DNA from: an uncultured Gammaproteobacteria bacterium
Lineage (GTDB): Bacteria > Patescibacteriota > Microgenomatia > UBA12405 > JAHJSD01
Direction of reading: 5' to 3'
NCBI GenBank assembly: GCA_964428655.1
Contig: CAYRYE010000001.1
Coordinates: forward strand, 137,328-201,327
Length of the DNA: 64,000 bases
Both the position numbers and the translations under genes were made by a program. The first letter of the stretch is position 1. Each line of letters starts with the position of its first letter. The notes beneath the pieces were generated by a model. It was not told the DNA's origin. It saw only the letters and a list, made by a program, of their open reading frames with translations, and did not search any database. Below, piece after piece: positions 29,110 to 39,910 of this stretch.

Positions 29110-29778
29110 ATGGAACTTTTAGAATCTCCCAAGCCTAAAGAGGAGATAGAACCAGCTAAACTAGCAGAAAAGAAAATTGAAAGGGTCAAGAAACCTTCAA
29201 AGTGGGGAATATTGATTGTTTTGTTTTCAACCGTATTATTAGGGGTGATAGCAGTTGCTAGTGCCATTAGGCTCTATCAACTAAGGGAAAAACCAATTGC
29301 GCCTACTGCTCCTGAAAAAACGCCGGCTCAAGAAATTACGCCGACTCCAACCCCAGTTCCTGCTTGTTTTTTAAGTTTTTCCATTTCTAGTCCCACTCCC
29401 ACGGCAACATTGACACCATCACTAACGCCAACTGGAACTTTAACACCGACATTGACTCCAACCGCAACTCCATCATCAACGCCAACACTGACTCCCACGG
29501 CAACATTGACACCATCACTAACGCCAACTGGAACTTTAACACCGACATTGACTCCAACCGTAACTCCCACACCAACCAGCACTCTCACTCCTGTCCCCAC
29601 ATCTACCCCAGCGCCTACTAATACTCCGGTTCCGACTGGTGTTCTGGTGCCAACTAATACTCCAATGCCAACCCCGACTCGAGTCGAACTGCTTGAAGTT
29701 GGAGTTACCTTTCCTTCACATTTATTAATTCTTTTGGGTTCAGTCATTGGTCTTGGGGGTTTACTACTTCTCTTTTAA
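29110..29778 (+). CDS. Thr/Pro-rich surface protein with N- and C-terminal TM segments
   Basis: Long TP-rich tract; LLEVG before C-terminal hydrophobic tail. Confidence 0.75.
   Translation: MELLESPKPKEEIEPAKLAEKKIERVKKPSKWGILIVLFSTVLLGVIAVASAIRLYQLREKPIAPTAPEKTPAQEITPTPTPVPACFLSFSISSPTPTATLTPSLTPTGTLTPTLTPTATPSSTPTLTPTATLTPSLTPTGTLTPTLTPTVTPTPTSTLTPVPTSTPAPTNTPVPTGVLVPTNTPMPTPTRVELLEVGVTFPSHLLILLGSVIGLGGLLLLF
29395..29567 (+). repeat. Intragenic direct repeat, 77 bp (1 mismatch), period 96 bp
   Basis: ACTCCCACGGCAACATTGACACC...ACCGYAACTCC at 29395 and 29491. Confidence 0.92.
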
Positions 29779-29787
29779 CTTGTTTGA

Positions 29788-31056
29788 ATGAGAGTTGGCA
29801 TTGTTGGCGGGGGAATAACAGGCCTAGTAATTGCTCATGAAATTGTTAAAAGGGGAAATGAGATCTTTCTCTTTGAGTCTGGGGAGAAACTGGGAGGATT
29901 AGCTAGAACTTTTAAAAAACAAAATTGGCACTGGCCCCTGGAAGAATTTTTTCACCACTTCTTTATCTTTGATGATCAAGTTAAAAATTTTCTAAAAGAG
30001 CTAGGTTTAGAAAATGAATTATTTTATAGAGATGTTAAGACTTCTATTTATTTTGAGGGAAGTATTTACCCCTTTGATTCTGTTTCCGACTTTTTAAGCT
30101 TCCCTCATTTGGGCTCGCTAGACAAGTTAAGAATGGGTTTGGCTATTTTTGTCTTGCGTCAATTACCATTTTTACCTATTTTTGAGAAATATACGGCGTT
30201 GGATTTATTTCCCAAACTAATTGGTGCTTCAGGCTGGGACACTGTTTGGGGAAGATTGATGGAAGGTAAGTTTGGCGGTTTTAGCAATAAAGTTTCTTTT
30301 TCTTGGCTTTGGGCTCGGGTTAAGATGAGAAGCAAAAGTTTAGGCTATTTGAACGGTGGTTGTCAAAAGATTTTCGAGGAGTTAAGAAAAGGACTAAAGT
30401 CCAAAGGAAAGATATTTATTTGCAGTCCAGTTAGTAAAATTAGCCCTTTGAAACCAGGGTGGAAGATCAAAACTGGGAATAAAGAGGTTTTAGTGGATAA
30501 GGTTGTTTTGGCGATTCCCCTTTCCCAGGCTCTTGATCTAACTCAGCAACTTATCACCAAGGAAGAATTAGATCAGTGGAGAAAGTTGGAAACAATTGGG
30601 GCTTTGGTTTTGGTTCTGAGAATGAAAAACAAGTTTTTGTCTGGCGGGACCTATTGGCTCAATATCCTTGAGAAAGAATTTCCATTTGTTGCTTTAGTTG
30701 AGCATACTAATTTTGTAAATCCGGAGAATTACGGTAATGAATATCTGGTTTATGTGGGGGGATACTATGACCCAGACAACCCTTTATTTAATTGGTCTAA
30801 GAAAAAAATCTTAAGTCATTTTTCTCCCTATTTAAGACGCCTAAATCCCTCATTTGAAAAATTTTTAATCGATTTTGATGTTTTTTCTTCTCTATGCGCT
30901 CAGCCGATTATTCCAACAAACTATTCTCGGATAGCTCCTTCCTTAGAGCTTGTTCCCGGGAGTGTTTTTTGGGCTACGGCTAATCATATTTATCCTTGGG
31001 ACAGAGGGATGAATTTTTCTATTAAACTGGCCAAAGAAGTTGCCAAACTTGTCTAA
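29788..31056 (+). CDS. FAD-dependent oxidoreductase (amine oxidase/HemY-like)
   Basis: VGIVGGGITGL, E....LGGLA, EEFFHH, IYPWDRGMN. Confidence 0.85.
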   Translation: MRVGIVGGGITGLVIAHEIVKRGNEIFLFESGEKLGGLARTFKKQNWHWPLEEFFHHFFIFDDQVKNFLKELGLENELFYRDVKTSIYFEGSIYPFDSVSDFLSFPHLGSLDKLRMGLAIFVLRQLPFLPIFEKYTALDLFPKLIGASGWDTVWGRLMEGKFGGFSNKVSFSWLWARVKMRSKSLGYLNGGCQKIFEELRKGLKSKGKIFICSPVSKISPLKPGWKIKTGNKEVLVDKVVLAIPLSQALDLTQQLITKEELDQWRKLETIGALVLVLRMKNKFLSGGTYWLNILEKEFPFVALVEHTNFVNPENYGNEYLVYVGGYYDPDNPLFNWSKKKILSHFSPYLRRLNPSFEKFLIDFDVFSSLCAQPIIPTNYSRIAPSLELVPGSVFWATANHIYPWDRGMNFSIKLAKEVAKLV

Positions 31057-31084
31057 TTCTGGTTCCTCCTTTACAATGTGATTG

Positions 31085-32014
31085 ATGGCAAAAACCAAAA
31101 ACTTTCTGAAAGGAATTCTTAAATCAATGCGTCCAGTTCAATGGACTAAAAATTTGGCTGTTTTTGCAACAGTTATCTTTAACGGTAAACTGTTTGAATC
31201 CCCTTTTTTTAGCAAAAGCCTTTTGGCTTTTATTGCTTTCTGCGCTCTTTCTTCATCTTCTTACTTGATTAATGATGTTGTTGATATTCCTTACGATCGC
31301 TTTCACCCTCAGAAAAGAAACAGACCAATTGCTAAAGGCGACATTACTCCTGCTCAGGCGATTTATGTTTCTCTTTTCCTGATGTTTTTGAGTATTGTTT
31401 TATCTTCTTTCTTAAACCTCGGTTTCATTTTACTGCTTCTGATTTTTTTGACTGTTCACTTAACTTATTCATTTTATTTAAAGAAATTTGCTGTTCTAGA
31501 CATTTTAGCGATTTCCTTTTCTTTCATTCTCCGCACTTTGGGTGGAGAAATAGCTACCGGTTATCATTTGCCGGTTTGGTTGATGTTTGCTGTAGTTTTT
31601 TTATCTCTTTTTATTGCTAGTGGTAAAAGAAGAAGTGAATTAGTTGTTGAGGGCTCAAGGACGAGACCGGCTTTGAAAAAGTATGGTAAAGAACTTCTTG
31701 ATTTTTATGGTGCAATTTTTGCTGTTTCTACCTTACTTTCTTATTCTTTATTTGCCTACTTGGTCAAACCACTTGATTTTAGTCATCCCAGGATTAGAGA
31801 TTTCTTGATTAAGAATATGCCTTATCTAATTGGGCGTAAATGGCTGATGATAACAATTTTCCCAGTGATATTTGGGATTATGCGCTACTCCCAGTTGGTT
31901 CTTGAAAAAAAGAGAGGGCAAAGGCCTTCCCAACTTTTGGCCTCTGATATCCCCCTTTTGGCAACGATTCTTGTTTGGGGTTTAATGCTCATCGCAATCG
32001 TTTATGTTTTCTAG
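31085..32014 (+). CDS. UbiA-family polyprenyl-phosphate phosphoribosyltransferase (DPPR synthase-like)
   Basis: MRP.QW.KN, YLINDVVD...DR.HP.KR.RPIA.G, YS..LK...LD, KRRSE. Confidence 0.9.
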   Translation: MAKTKNFLKGILKSMRPVQWTKNLAVFATVIFNGKLFESPFFSKSLLAFIAFCALSSSSYLINDVVDIPYDRFHPQKRNRPIAKGDITPAQAIYVSLFLMFLSIVLSSFLNLGFILLLLIFLTVHLTYSFYLKKFAVLDILAISFSFILRTLGGEIATGYHLPVWLMFAVVFLSLFIASGKRRSELVVEGSRTRPALKKYGKELLDFYGAIFAVSTLLSYSLFAYLVKPLDFSHPRIRDFLIKNMPYLIGRKWLMITIFPVIFGIMRYSQLVLEKKRGQRPSQLLASDIPLLATILVWGLMLIAIVYVF

Positions 32015-33599
32015 TCTTCCTCTTGTTTTCTTTTCAATCATCACTAGGCTTTTTGGACTTCCGTGGGGTGAGAGTTTCTTTTTTCATCCCGACGAGAATA
32101 ACATGGCTTGGGCAGTGGGCAGAGTTTCTTTGTCTAATCTAAACCCTCAGTTTTTTGCCTATGGTCATTTCCCTTTATATTTAGTCTATTTCAGCTATCA
32201 AGTTTTAAGGTTTGTTTTTTCTGGAATGGTCTTTGGGGAGATTACTTTTCCTTTGGCAGTCTATCTTCTTCGTTTTTGGTCAGCGTTCTTTTCCCTTATT
32301 ACTCTTATTATTGGTTGGTTTCTGGCGAAAGAAGTCTTTGGTAAAAAAATATGGGCTAAAATTTATGTTTTGCTTCTCATTTTCACTCCTGGATTAATTC
32401 AAATGGCGCATTTTGGCACTACCGAGTCGGTTTTAGCTTTTACCGCTGTTGGCTTGGCCTATTTTTCCCTCAAATTTGCTAAAACTAAGGAATTACGATA
32501 TTTATTTTTACTCTCTTTGATTTCTGCTGTTGGTTTGGCTTCAAAAGTTAGCGCTGCCCTTTTTCTTCTTTCTCCTGCCTTATCAATTTTAATTTTAGAG
32601 AATGAAGAGAAAAAGATTAAGTTTTTGAAAAAAACTAAGTTCTTGTTATTTTATGGTCTGACTACAATCATGCTCACTTTTACTTTTTCACCTTATACTT
32701 TTTTAGATTGGCAGGAATCTTTAAGAATTCTGAGTTATGAATCTAATGTAGCTCGTGGCATCACATCCATTTTTTACACTCGTCAGTTTATCAATACTAG
32801 ACCAGTTATTTTCCAACTAACCAAAGTTTTCCCTTGGATATTGGGATTGCCAATGTTTGTTTTAATTTTATTCGGCCTAGCGTTCTTTTTTACTCGATTA
32901 ATTAAAAGAAAAATTTCTCTAAATACTAAATACTTAGTACTAAATGCTATTTTTCTTCCTTGGCTTCTTTTTAATGCCTTTCTTTTTACTAAATGGACTC
33001 GGTTTATGACTCCAATCCTGCCATTTTTAGTTTTGTTAGTTGTTTGGCTTTTGCGGGAATTAAAAAAAATTTTAAAAAAGCAGCACTTTTCTATTCTTTT
33101 CTATTCTTTTCTATTCTTTTCTATTCTCCCCGGCATCTTATTTATGAAACTTTATTTTTCTCTTGACATTCGAATCTGGGCCAATAGTTGGATAAACAAG
33201 AATTTACCCAAAGGTTCAGTAATTTTGTATGAGGGTGGGAATATTGTTGATTTGCCTGGAATTGATGGGCAAAAATTCAAAACTGTTAATATTGATTTTT
33301 GCCATCTGGACGAAGACGCTCAAAAAACTGAGGAATTAGAGAAGAAAATTAAAGAGGCGGATTACTTTTTATCTCCCTCGCGCCGGATTTTTACTAATTA
33401 CCCTCGTTTGCCAAATGAGTTTCCAAAGACAGCTCGGTTTTACCAACAGCTTTTTTCCGGAGAATTAGGTTTTGTTCCCATTAAAGAATTTCATCCATTT
33501 GGTTTTTTGGGAGAATTACTTTTAGGATCTGACTTAATTTCCGAAGAAACCTGGACTGTTTTTGATCATCCAACCATTCGTTTGTTTAAAAAAATCTAA
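32004..33599 (+). CDS. GT-C glycosyltransferase
   Basis: FHPDE, LNP.FFAYG.FPLY, Q.AHF.T.E, EETWTVFDHP. Confidence 0.82.
   Translation: MFSSLPLVFFSIITRLFGLPWGESFFFHPDENNMAWAVGRVSLSNLNPQFFAYGHFPLYLVYFSYQVLRFVFSGMVFGEITFPLAVYLLRFWSAFFSLITLIIGWFLAKEVFGKKIWAKIYVLLLIFTPGLIQMAHFGTTESVLAFTAVGLAYFSLKFAKTKELRYLFLLSLISAVGLASKVSAALFLLSPALSILILENEEKKIKFLKKTKFLLFYGLTTIMLTFTFSPYTFLDWQESLRILSYESNVARGITSIFYTRQFINTRPVIFQLTKVFPWILGLPMFVLILFGLAFFFTRLIKRKISLNTKYLVLNAIFLPWLLFNAFLFTKWTRFMTPILPFLVLLVVWLLRELKKILKKQHFSILFYSFLFFSILPGILFMKLYFSLDIRIWANSWINKNLPKGSVILYEGGNIVDLPGIDGQKFKTVNIDFCHLDEDAQKTEELEKKIKEADYFLSPSRRIFTNYPRLPNEFPKTARFYQQLFSGELGFVPIKEFHPFGFLGELLLGSDLISEETWTVFDHPTIRLFKKI
32919..32948 (+). repeat. Heptamer tandem repeat (CTAAATA)n inside CDS
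   Basis: CTAAATA CTAAATA CTTAGTA CTAAATG; peptide LNTKYLVLN. Confidence 0.8.
33086..33127 (+). repeat. Decamer tandem repeat (CTTTTCTATT)x4 inside CDS
   Basis: Four perfect copies; peptide FSILFYSFLFFSIL. Confidence 0.95.
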
Positions 33600-33616
33600 G
33601 ATGGTAGAATAATGAG

Positions 33617-33826
33617 ATGTCTCTTTTTGGTGGTCCGATTACTCCGGAACTGCAAAGTGCACTTGCGTTGCATCATGCGGGTGCATTTGAACGGGGAAAG
33701 AGGAGTTTTCCCGTTGCCGAGGAAAGGTCTGAAAAACTAACACCTAGAAAACCAACAAAAAAGAGATGTCTTTTTAAGCCTAGGGTTAGGCAAGGTGGAC
33801 AAGAACCGGCTACTCCGCGGACATAA
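33617..33826 (+). CDS. Small basic orphan protein
   Basis: TAGAAT 6 nt upstream of ATG; fills gap between convergent genes. Confidence 0.5.
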   Translation: MSLFGGPITPELQSALALHHAGAFERGKRSFPVAEERSEKLTPRKPTKKRCLFKPRVRQGGQEPATPRT

Positions 33827-33837
33827 TTTATCCTTAT

Positions 33838-34473
33838 CTAAAACAAACTTTCTTGTTTTATTTCCTTTTTTTGCTTATCAATAGGTGCTTTTTCTTTAAT
33901 TTCTTTTGTTTGTTTTATAATCTCTGGGATCTTAAGGAAGTCTTCTTTTAATTGTTGCATGACATTGCCGTTTCTTAAACCAGCGGCAGGATGATACATA
34001 GGAATTATTAACAGTTCCACTCCTTGCCAAAGAATTTTTCTTGGTTGGCTGTGAACTTTCGAGATGTAAACACTGGGAATAAAGTAGTTCATGGCAAACC
34101 GGCCCAGAGTGATAACCACTTTTGGTTTAATGATTAAAAGTTGTTGTTTTAAATGAGGAGTACAAGCGTCAATTTCAGCTGGAAGCGGGTCGCGATTATT
34201 GGGCGGCCGGTGTTTTAAGATGTTGCCAATAAAGACATTTTCACGCTTGATATTGATTGTTGCTAATAGTTGGTCAAGTAAATTTCCGGCCGCGCCGCAG
34301 AAGGGAATTCCTTTTTGATCTTCCCAGTAGCCTGGGGCTTCGCCAATAAAGACAATTTCTGCGTTTGGATTAGGCCCGCCCGGAACAGAATTGGTAGCCG
34401 TTTTATAAAGAGGGCATTTTTGGCAATTTTTAACTTGTTCAGCAGTTTTTGCTAATTCCTCTTGGTTAGACAT
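33838..34473 (-). CDS. udg: Uracil-DNA glycosylase family 4 (Fe-S)
   Basis: CQKC.L, FIGEAPG..ED..G.PF.G.AG, RPPNNRDP, YHPAA. Confidence 0.95.
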   Translation of the reverse strand: MSNQEELAKTAEQVKNCQKCPLYKTATNSVPGGPNPNAEIVFIGEAPGYWEDQKGIPFCGAAGNLLDQLLATINIKRENVFIGNILKHRPPNNRDPLPAEIDACTPHLKQQLLIIKPKVVITLGRFAMNYFIPSVYISKVHSQPRKILWQGVELLIIPMYHPAAGLRNGNVMQQLKEDFLKIPEIIKQTKEIKEKAPIDKQKKEIKQESLF

Positions 34474-34485
34474 ATAATTATGTTA

Positions 34486-36165
34486 ATGAAAAGATTTGCT
34501 TTAAGCAAACAAAAACTGATTCTATTTTTAATTTTGGTCTTTGGATTTGGACTGAGAGTTTATGGTCTCAATTGGGACCAGGGATTTCATTTGCATCCGG
34601 ATGAACGTTTTCTGACCATGGTTGGGACAAAAATTCAGCAGCCTAAAAGCATAAAAGAATATTTTGATACTTCAAAATCGCCTCTTAACCCTTACAACAA
34701 TGGCTACGATTTTTTTGTTTATGGCCCTTTTCCTGTTTTTTTAACGAAATTTATTGCTGGTAATTTTGGCTTGGACAATTACGCCGCCTTTAATCTAGTT
34801 GGTAGGTTCCTTTCAGCCCTCTTTGATGTTGGCATTATTTTTTTGCTTTTTAAAATTTCAAAAAGTATTTGGCCCAGTTTTCTTTATTCATTAATGGTTT
34901 TGCCAATTCAGCTTTCTCATTTTTTTGCGGTTGATATTTTTTTAAACTTTTTTTTAGTTTTGACTTTCTACTCGGCTTTAAATTGCCCAGCGATTCTAAC
35001 AGGTATATTTTTAGGTTTGGCGCTTTCTTGTAAAATTTCTGCCATTTTATTTTTACCAGTAATTGGTTTAATATTTCTTTCCAAGTTTAGATTTGATCTT
35101 AGAAAACTATTTTTTACTACTTGCTACTTACTACTAGCTGCTTTCTTATCTTTTCGGTTTTTTAGCCCCTATTCTTTTTCTGGTCTTTTTAAAATTAACC
35201 CTCAATTTTTAAAGAATTTGAAAACATTGAATTCCTTTAATAATCCAGATGCCTGGTATCCACCAGCAGTTCAATGGATTAAAACTAAACCAATTATTTT
35301 TCCGGTGAAGAATTTATTCTTTTGGGGATTGGGCGTTCCAATGGGAGCGATAATGATTCTATCTACATGTTTATATATCTATAATTCTGTAAAAAGGAAA
35401 ACCATTCAACCACCCGCCTGCAACGCTATGTGTAGCATTGCGGGTGGGTTTAACCATTTAACCATCTCTCTTCTTTGGATTTTCTTTTTATTTTTCTTTC
35501 AGGCTGTTCAGTTTGTTAAAACCATGCGCTACTTCCTACCGCTTTATCCATTTTTGACTTTAATGGCAGGTGATTTTGTTTTAAAACAGTCAAGAAAATT
35601 TAAAATTTTTGTTTTGCCATTTTTGTTTGTTTATCCCCTTGCTTTTATTTCTATTTACTCTCAGCCTCATTCTCGGGTAGCCGCCTCACATTGGATTTTT
35701 GAAAATATTCCTCCAGGGTCAGTTGTTTCTTGTGAGCATTGGGATGACTGTTTGCCTTTAGGAATTGGCGGCAGAAACGCCTCAATTTATCAAACAAAAA
35801 TGCTTTCTCTTTTTGATCAGGATACCGAGGAGAAGTGGCAAGAAATTTCTAGACAGCTAGAAAAAATTGATTATTTAATTCTTTCTTCTAATCGACTTTG
35901 GGATTCAATTCCAAAAGTACCGGAAAGATACCCAGTGACAACAGAATATTACCAAATGCTTTTAAAGGAAGAGTTGGGCTTTAAGAAGATTAAGGAATTT
36001 ACTTCCTATCCTAAATTGGAAATTGGAAATTGGAAATTGGAAATTCGCGACGGAGTTGCAGAAGAAGCATTTACTGTTTATGATCACCCAAAAGTGATGA
36101 TATTTATTAACGAACATGAACCTAATCGAGAAGAGTTTCTTGAACGATTTTATCCCACTCGATAG
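34486..36165 (+). CDS. GT-C glycosyltransferase (paralogue of 32004..33599)
   Basis: LNWDQGFHLHPDERFL, FFVYG.FP, IQLSHFF.VD, EHWDD, EEAFTVYDHP. Confidence 0.82.
   Translation: MKRFALSKQKLILFLILVFGFGLRVYGLNWDQGFHLHPDERFLTMVGTKIQQPKSIKEYFDTSKSPLNPYNNGYDFFVYGPFPVFLTKFIAGNFGLDNYAAFNLVGRFLSALFDVGIIFLLFKISKSIWPSFLYSLMVLPIQLSHFFAVDIFLNFFLVLTFYSALNCPAILTGIFLGLALSCKISAILFLPVIGLIFLSKFRFDLRKLFFTTCYLLLAAFLSFRFFSPYSFSGLFKINPQFLKNLKTLNSFNNPDAWYPPAVQWIKTKPIIFPVKNLFFWGLGVPMGAIMILSTCLYIYNSVKRKTIQPPACNAMCSIAGGFNHLTISLLWIFFLFFFQAVQFVKTMRYFLPLYPFLTLMAGDFVLKQSRKFKIFVLPFLFVYPLAFISIYSQPHSRVAASHWIFENIPPGSVVSCEHWDDCLPLGIGGRNASIYQTKMLSLFDQDTEEKWQEISRQLEKIDYLILSSNRLWDSIPKVPERYPVTTEYYQMLLKEELGFKKIKEFTSYPKLEIGNWKLEIRDGVAEEAFTVYDHPKVMIFINEHEPNREEFLERFYPTR
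35115..35142 (+). repeat. Heptamer tandem repeat (TACTACT)n inside CDS
   Basis: TACTACT TGCTACT TACTACT AGCTGCT; peptide TTCYLLLA. Confidence 0.75.
35399..35466 (+). repeat. Octamer array (TAACCATT)n interrupted by a 36-bp palindrome
   Basis: AAACCATT CAACCA[36 bp]TT TAACCATT TAACCATC. Confidence 0.88.
35413..35448. mobile_element. 36-bp in-frame palindromic insertion (peptide PACNAMCSIAGG)
   Basis: CCCGCCTGCAACGCTA-TGTG-TAGCATTGCGGGTGGG: 16-bp stem with two G-T pairs and one C-T/C-A type irregularity; GC-rich in AT-rich gene; removal restores repeat register. Confidence 0.75.
36013..36045 (+). repeat. Heptamer tandem repeat (AAATTGG)x4.7 inside CDS
   Basis: Perfect copies; peptide KLEIGNWKLEI. 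Confidence 0.95.
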
Positions 36166-37267
36166 AAAATAATTTTTGGTCAAATAACTTTTTTGTCAGG
36201 GGAAGCTTTTTTGCAAAGTGGCCTTTTTCTTTTATTACTTCTATGATCGCTTTTGTTAGCCTTCGATGATTACCAACAGGAATAATTTTTCCCATGCTGG
36301 TTAATCCCACTGGCGTTCTTACTCCCGGTAAATTGCTGGCAACAACTGGGCAACCGCAAAGCATTGCTTCTGGTTGAACGATGCCAAATGTTTCTAGGTT
36401 ATTAGTGCTGGGCAAAACAAGGCAGTCAAAGTTGTAATAATAATTAACTAGTTTTTCATGTGAAATGGGTCCGGTAAGAACAACCCATTTTTGGTATTTT
36501 TTGAACAGTTTTTTTAACCTTTGATAAGTTTTATCGCCAATTACTTGCTTATAAGGGCCAATAAAAACTATTTTGAAGTCCCTAAAAGTGTTTTTAAGTT
36601 TTGGGATTGTTTTTAAAATTAAGTCTATGCCTTTTTCCCAGCCGATCCGACCGACGAATCCAATAATTTTAGTCTCTCTTTTTTTATCAATTGTTTTGGC
36701 TATTTTTTTAATTTCTTTGTTGCTTTTTTTACCAAGGATGATTGGGGGCAAGATAAATTCTGTTTTAGTTAGGAATTTAGAAAGAAACATTGAATGCTGA
36801 GCGTAATCTTTGGTATAAGCAACGATTTTGTCGGCCCAATGATAAACTAAATAGTGAGGAAAATAAGTTAGAAATTTAATAAGTTTCTTAGTAATGCCGG
36901 GAGCATTACCAAACTCGCAATGGTGGACCAAAACAATTGGTTTTCTAAAAATTTTTCCCCAGAGAGCCAACCAAACAGCTTCTAGCTGAGGAAGATGGCA
37001 AATAACTAAATCTGTTTTTAAGACTTCTTTTAATGAGGCAAGAGGAAAGGTGGGCATTAGAATTCCCTTGTTGATCTTTAGCGGAGACCAAATGCGGCGA
37101 ATGTAAATTTTGCCAATCTTTTCTTGCGTGAGGAGATTGTTTTTAAATTTGGAAGTTAAAATAGTTACCTGATCTTTTTTAGCCAAATCCTTAGCTAGTA
37201 CATCAGCATAAATGCTGACACCGCTGATATTAGGAAGATAGTAAGTGAGAGAAATTAAGATTTTCAT
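36122..37267 (-). CDS. Family 4 (GT-B) glycosyltransferase
   Basis: YYLPNISG, FVGRI..EKG, LPS....ETFGIVQPEAM.CG.PVVAS. Confidence 0.93.
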   Translation of the reverse strand: MKILISLTYYLPNISGVSIYADVLAKDLAKKDQVTILTSKFKNNLLTQEKIGKIYIRRIWSPLKINKGILMPTFPLASLKEVLKTDLVICHLPQLEAVWLALWGKIFRKPIVLVHHCEFGNAPGITKKLIKFLTYFPHYLVYHWADKIVAYTKDYAQHSMFLSKFLTKTEFILPPIILGKKSNKEIKKIAKTIDKKRETKIIGFVGRIGWEKGIDLILKTIPKLKNTFRDFKIVFIGPYKQVIGDKTYQRLKKLFKKYQKWVVLTGPISHEKLVNYYYNFDCLVLPSTNNLETFGIVQPEAMLCGCPVVASNLPGVRTPVGLTSMGKIIPVGNHRRLTKAIIEVIKEKGHFAKKLPLTKKLFDQKLFSIEWDKIVQETLLD

Positions 37268-37772
37268 TTTTCACTAAAAATAGTTTTGTACCTTTTATTT
37301 TTTCTTTGAGGTAGTTAATTATAATTGGATCGTCATCAAAGAAATAATCAAGTTTTAACTTTTGGACCATTTCCTTTTTAAAAATATGTGGTTGTTGATT
37401 TTGTTGATTAATAATTATTTTTTGGAATAGTTGATTTATTTCGTTTTTTTCTAGCCAAACTTGAGTCCTTTTTTTCAAAAAACTATATCGGCCGGAGATA
37501 ATATAAATTTCGACATTTTTCTTTTTAGCCAGTTTTTTAATTGCCTCAAGATTTTTTCCCAACGGTGGGCGAAGTAATGGATGGTGACTAAGTTTTCTTA
37601 ACCAGATTTCTACCTTTAATTCGGGGAAACGGTATTTTTTTTGACGATTGCCGTGAGAACAGTAAAGCCATTCTAACAAACGCTTGGGCATAAAAAATGG
37701 TTTGCCAATAATAACACCGTCCAAGTCAATGCCAATTTTGATTTTTCGGCCAGAGGCGGACTTTTTAGTCAT
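37230..37772 (-). CDS. HAD-superfamily phosphatase (5'-nucleotidase-like)
   Basis: IGIDLDGVI, IISGR, K, FFDDD. Confidence 0.8.
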   Translation of the reverse strand: MTKKSASGRKIKIGIDLDGVIIGKPFFMPKRLLEWLYCSHGNRQKKYRFPELKVEIWLRKLSHHPLLRPPLGKNLEAIKKLAKKKNVEIYIISGRYSFLKKRTQVWLEKNEINQLFQKIIINQQNQQPHIFKKEMVQKLKLDYFFDDDPIIINYLKEKIKGTKLFLVKNENLNFSHLLSS

Positions 37773-37807
37773 TGTTAAAAATTATACACGAAGATAAAAT
37801 AAAACTT

Positions 37808-39910
<2,103 letters not shown>

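Noticed and set aside
29328-29747. Antisense Val/Gly-rich ORFs (also 27597..27821)
   Set aside because: Mirror of Thr/Pro codons on the coding strand.
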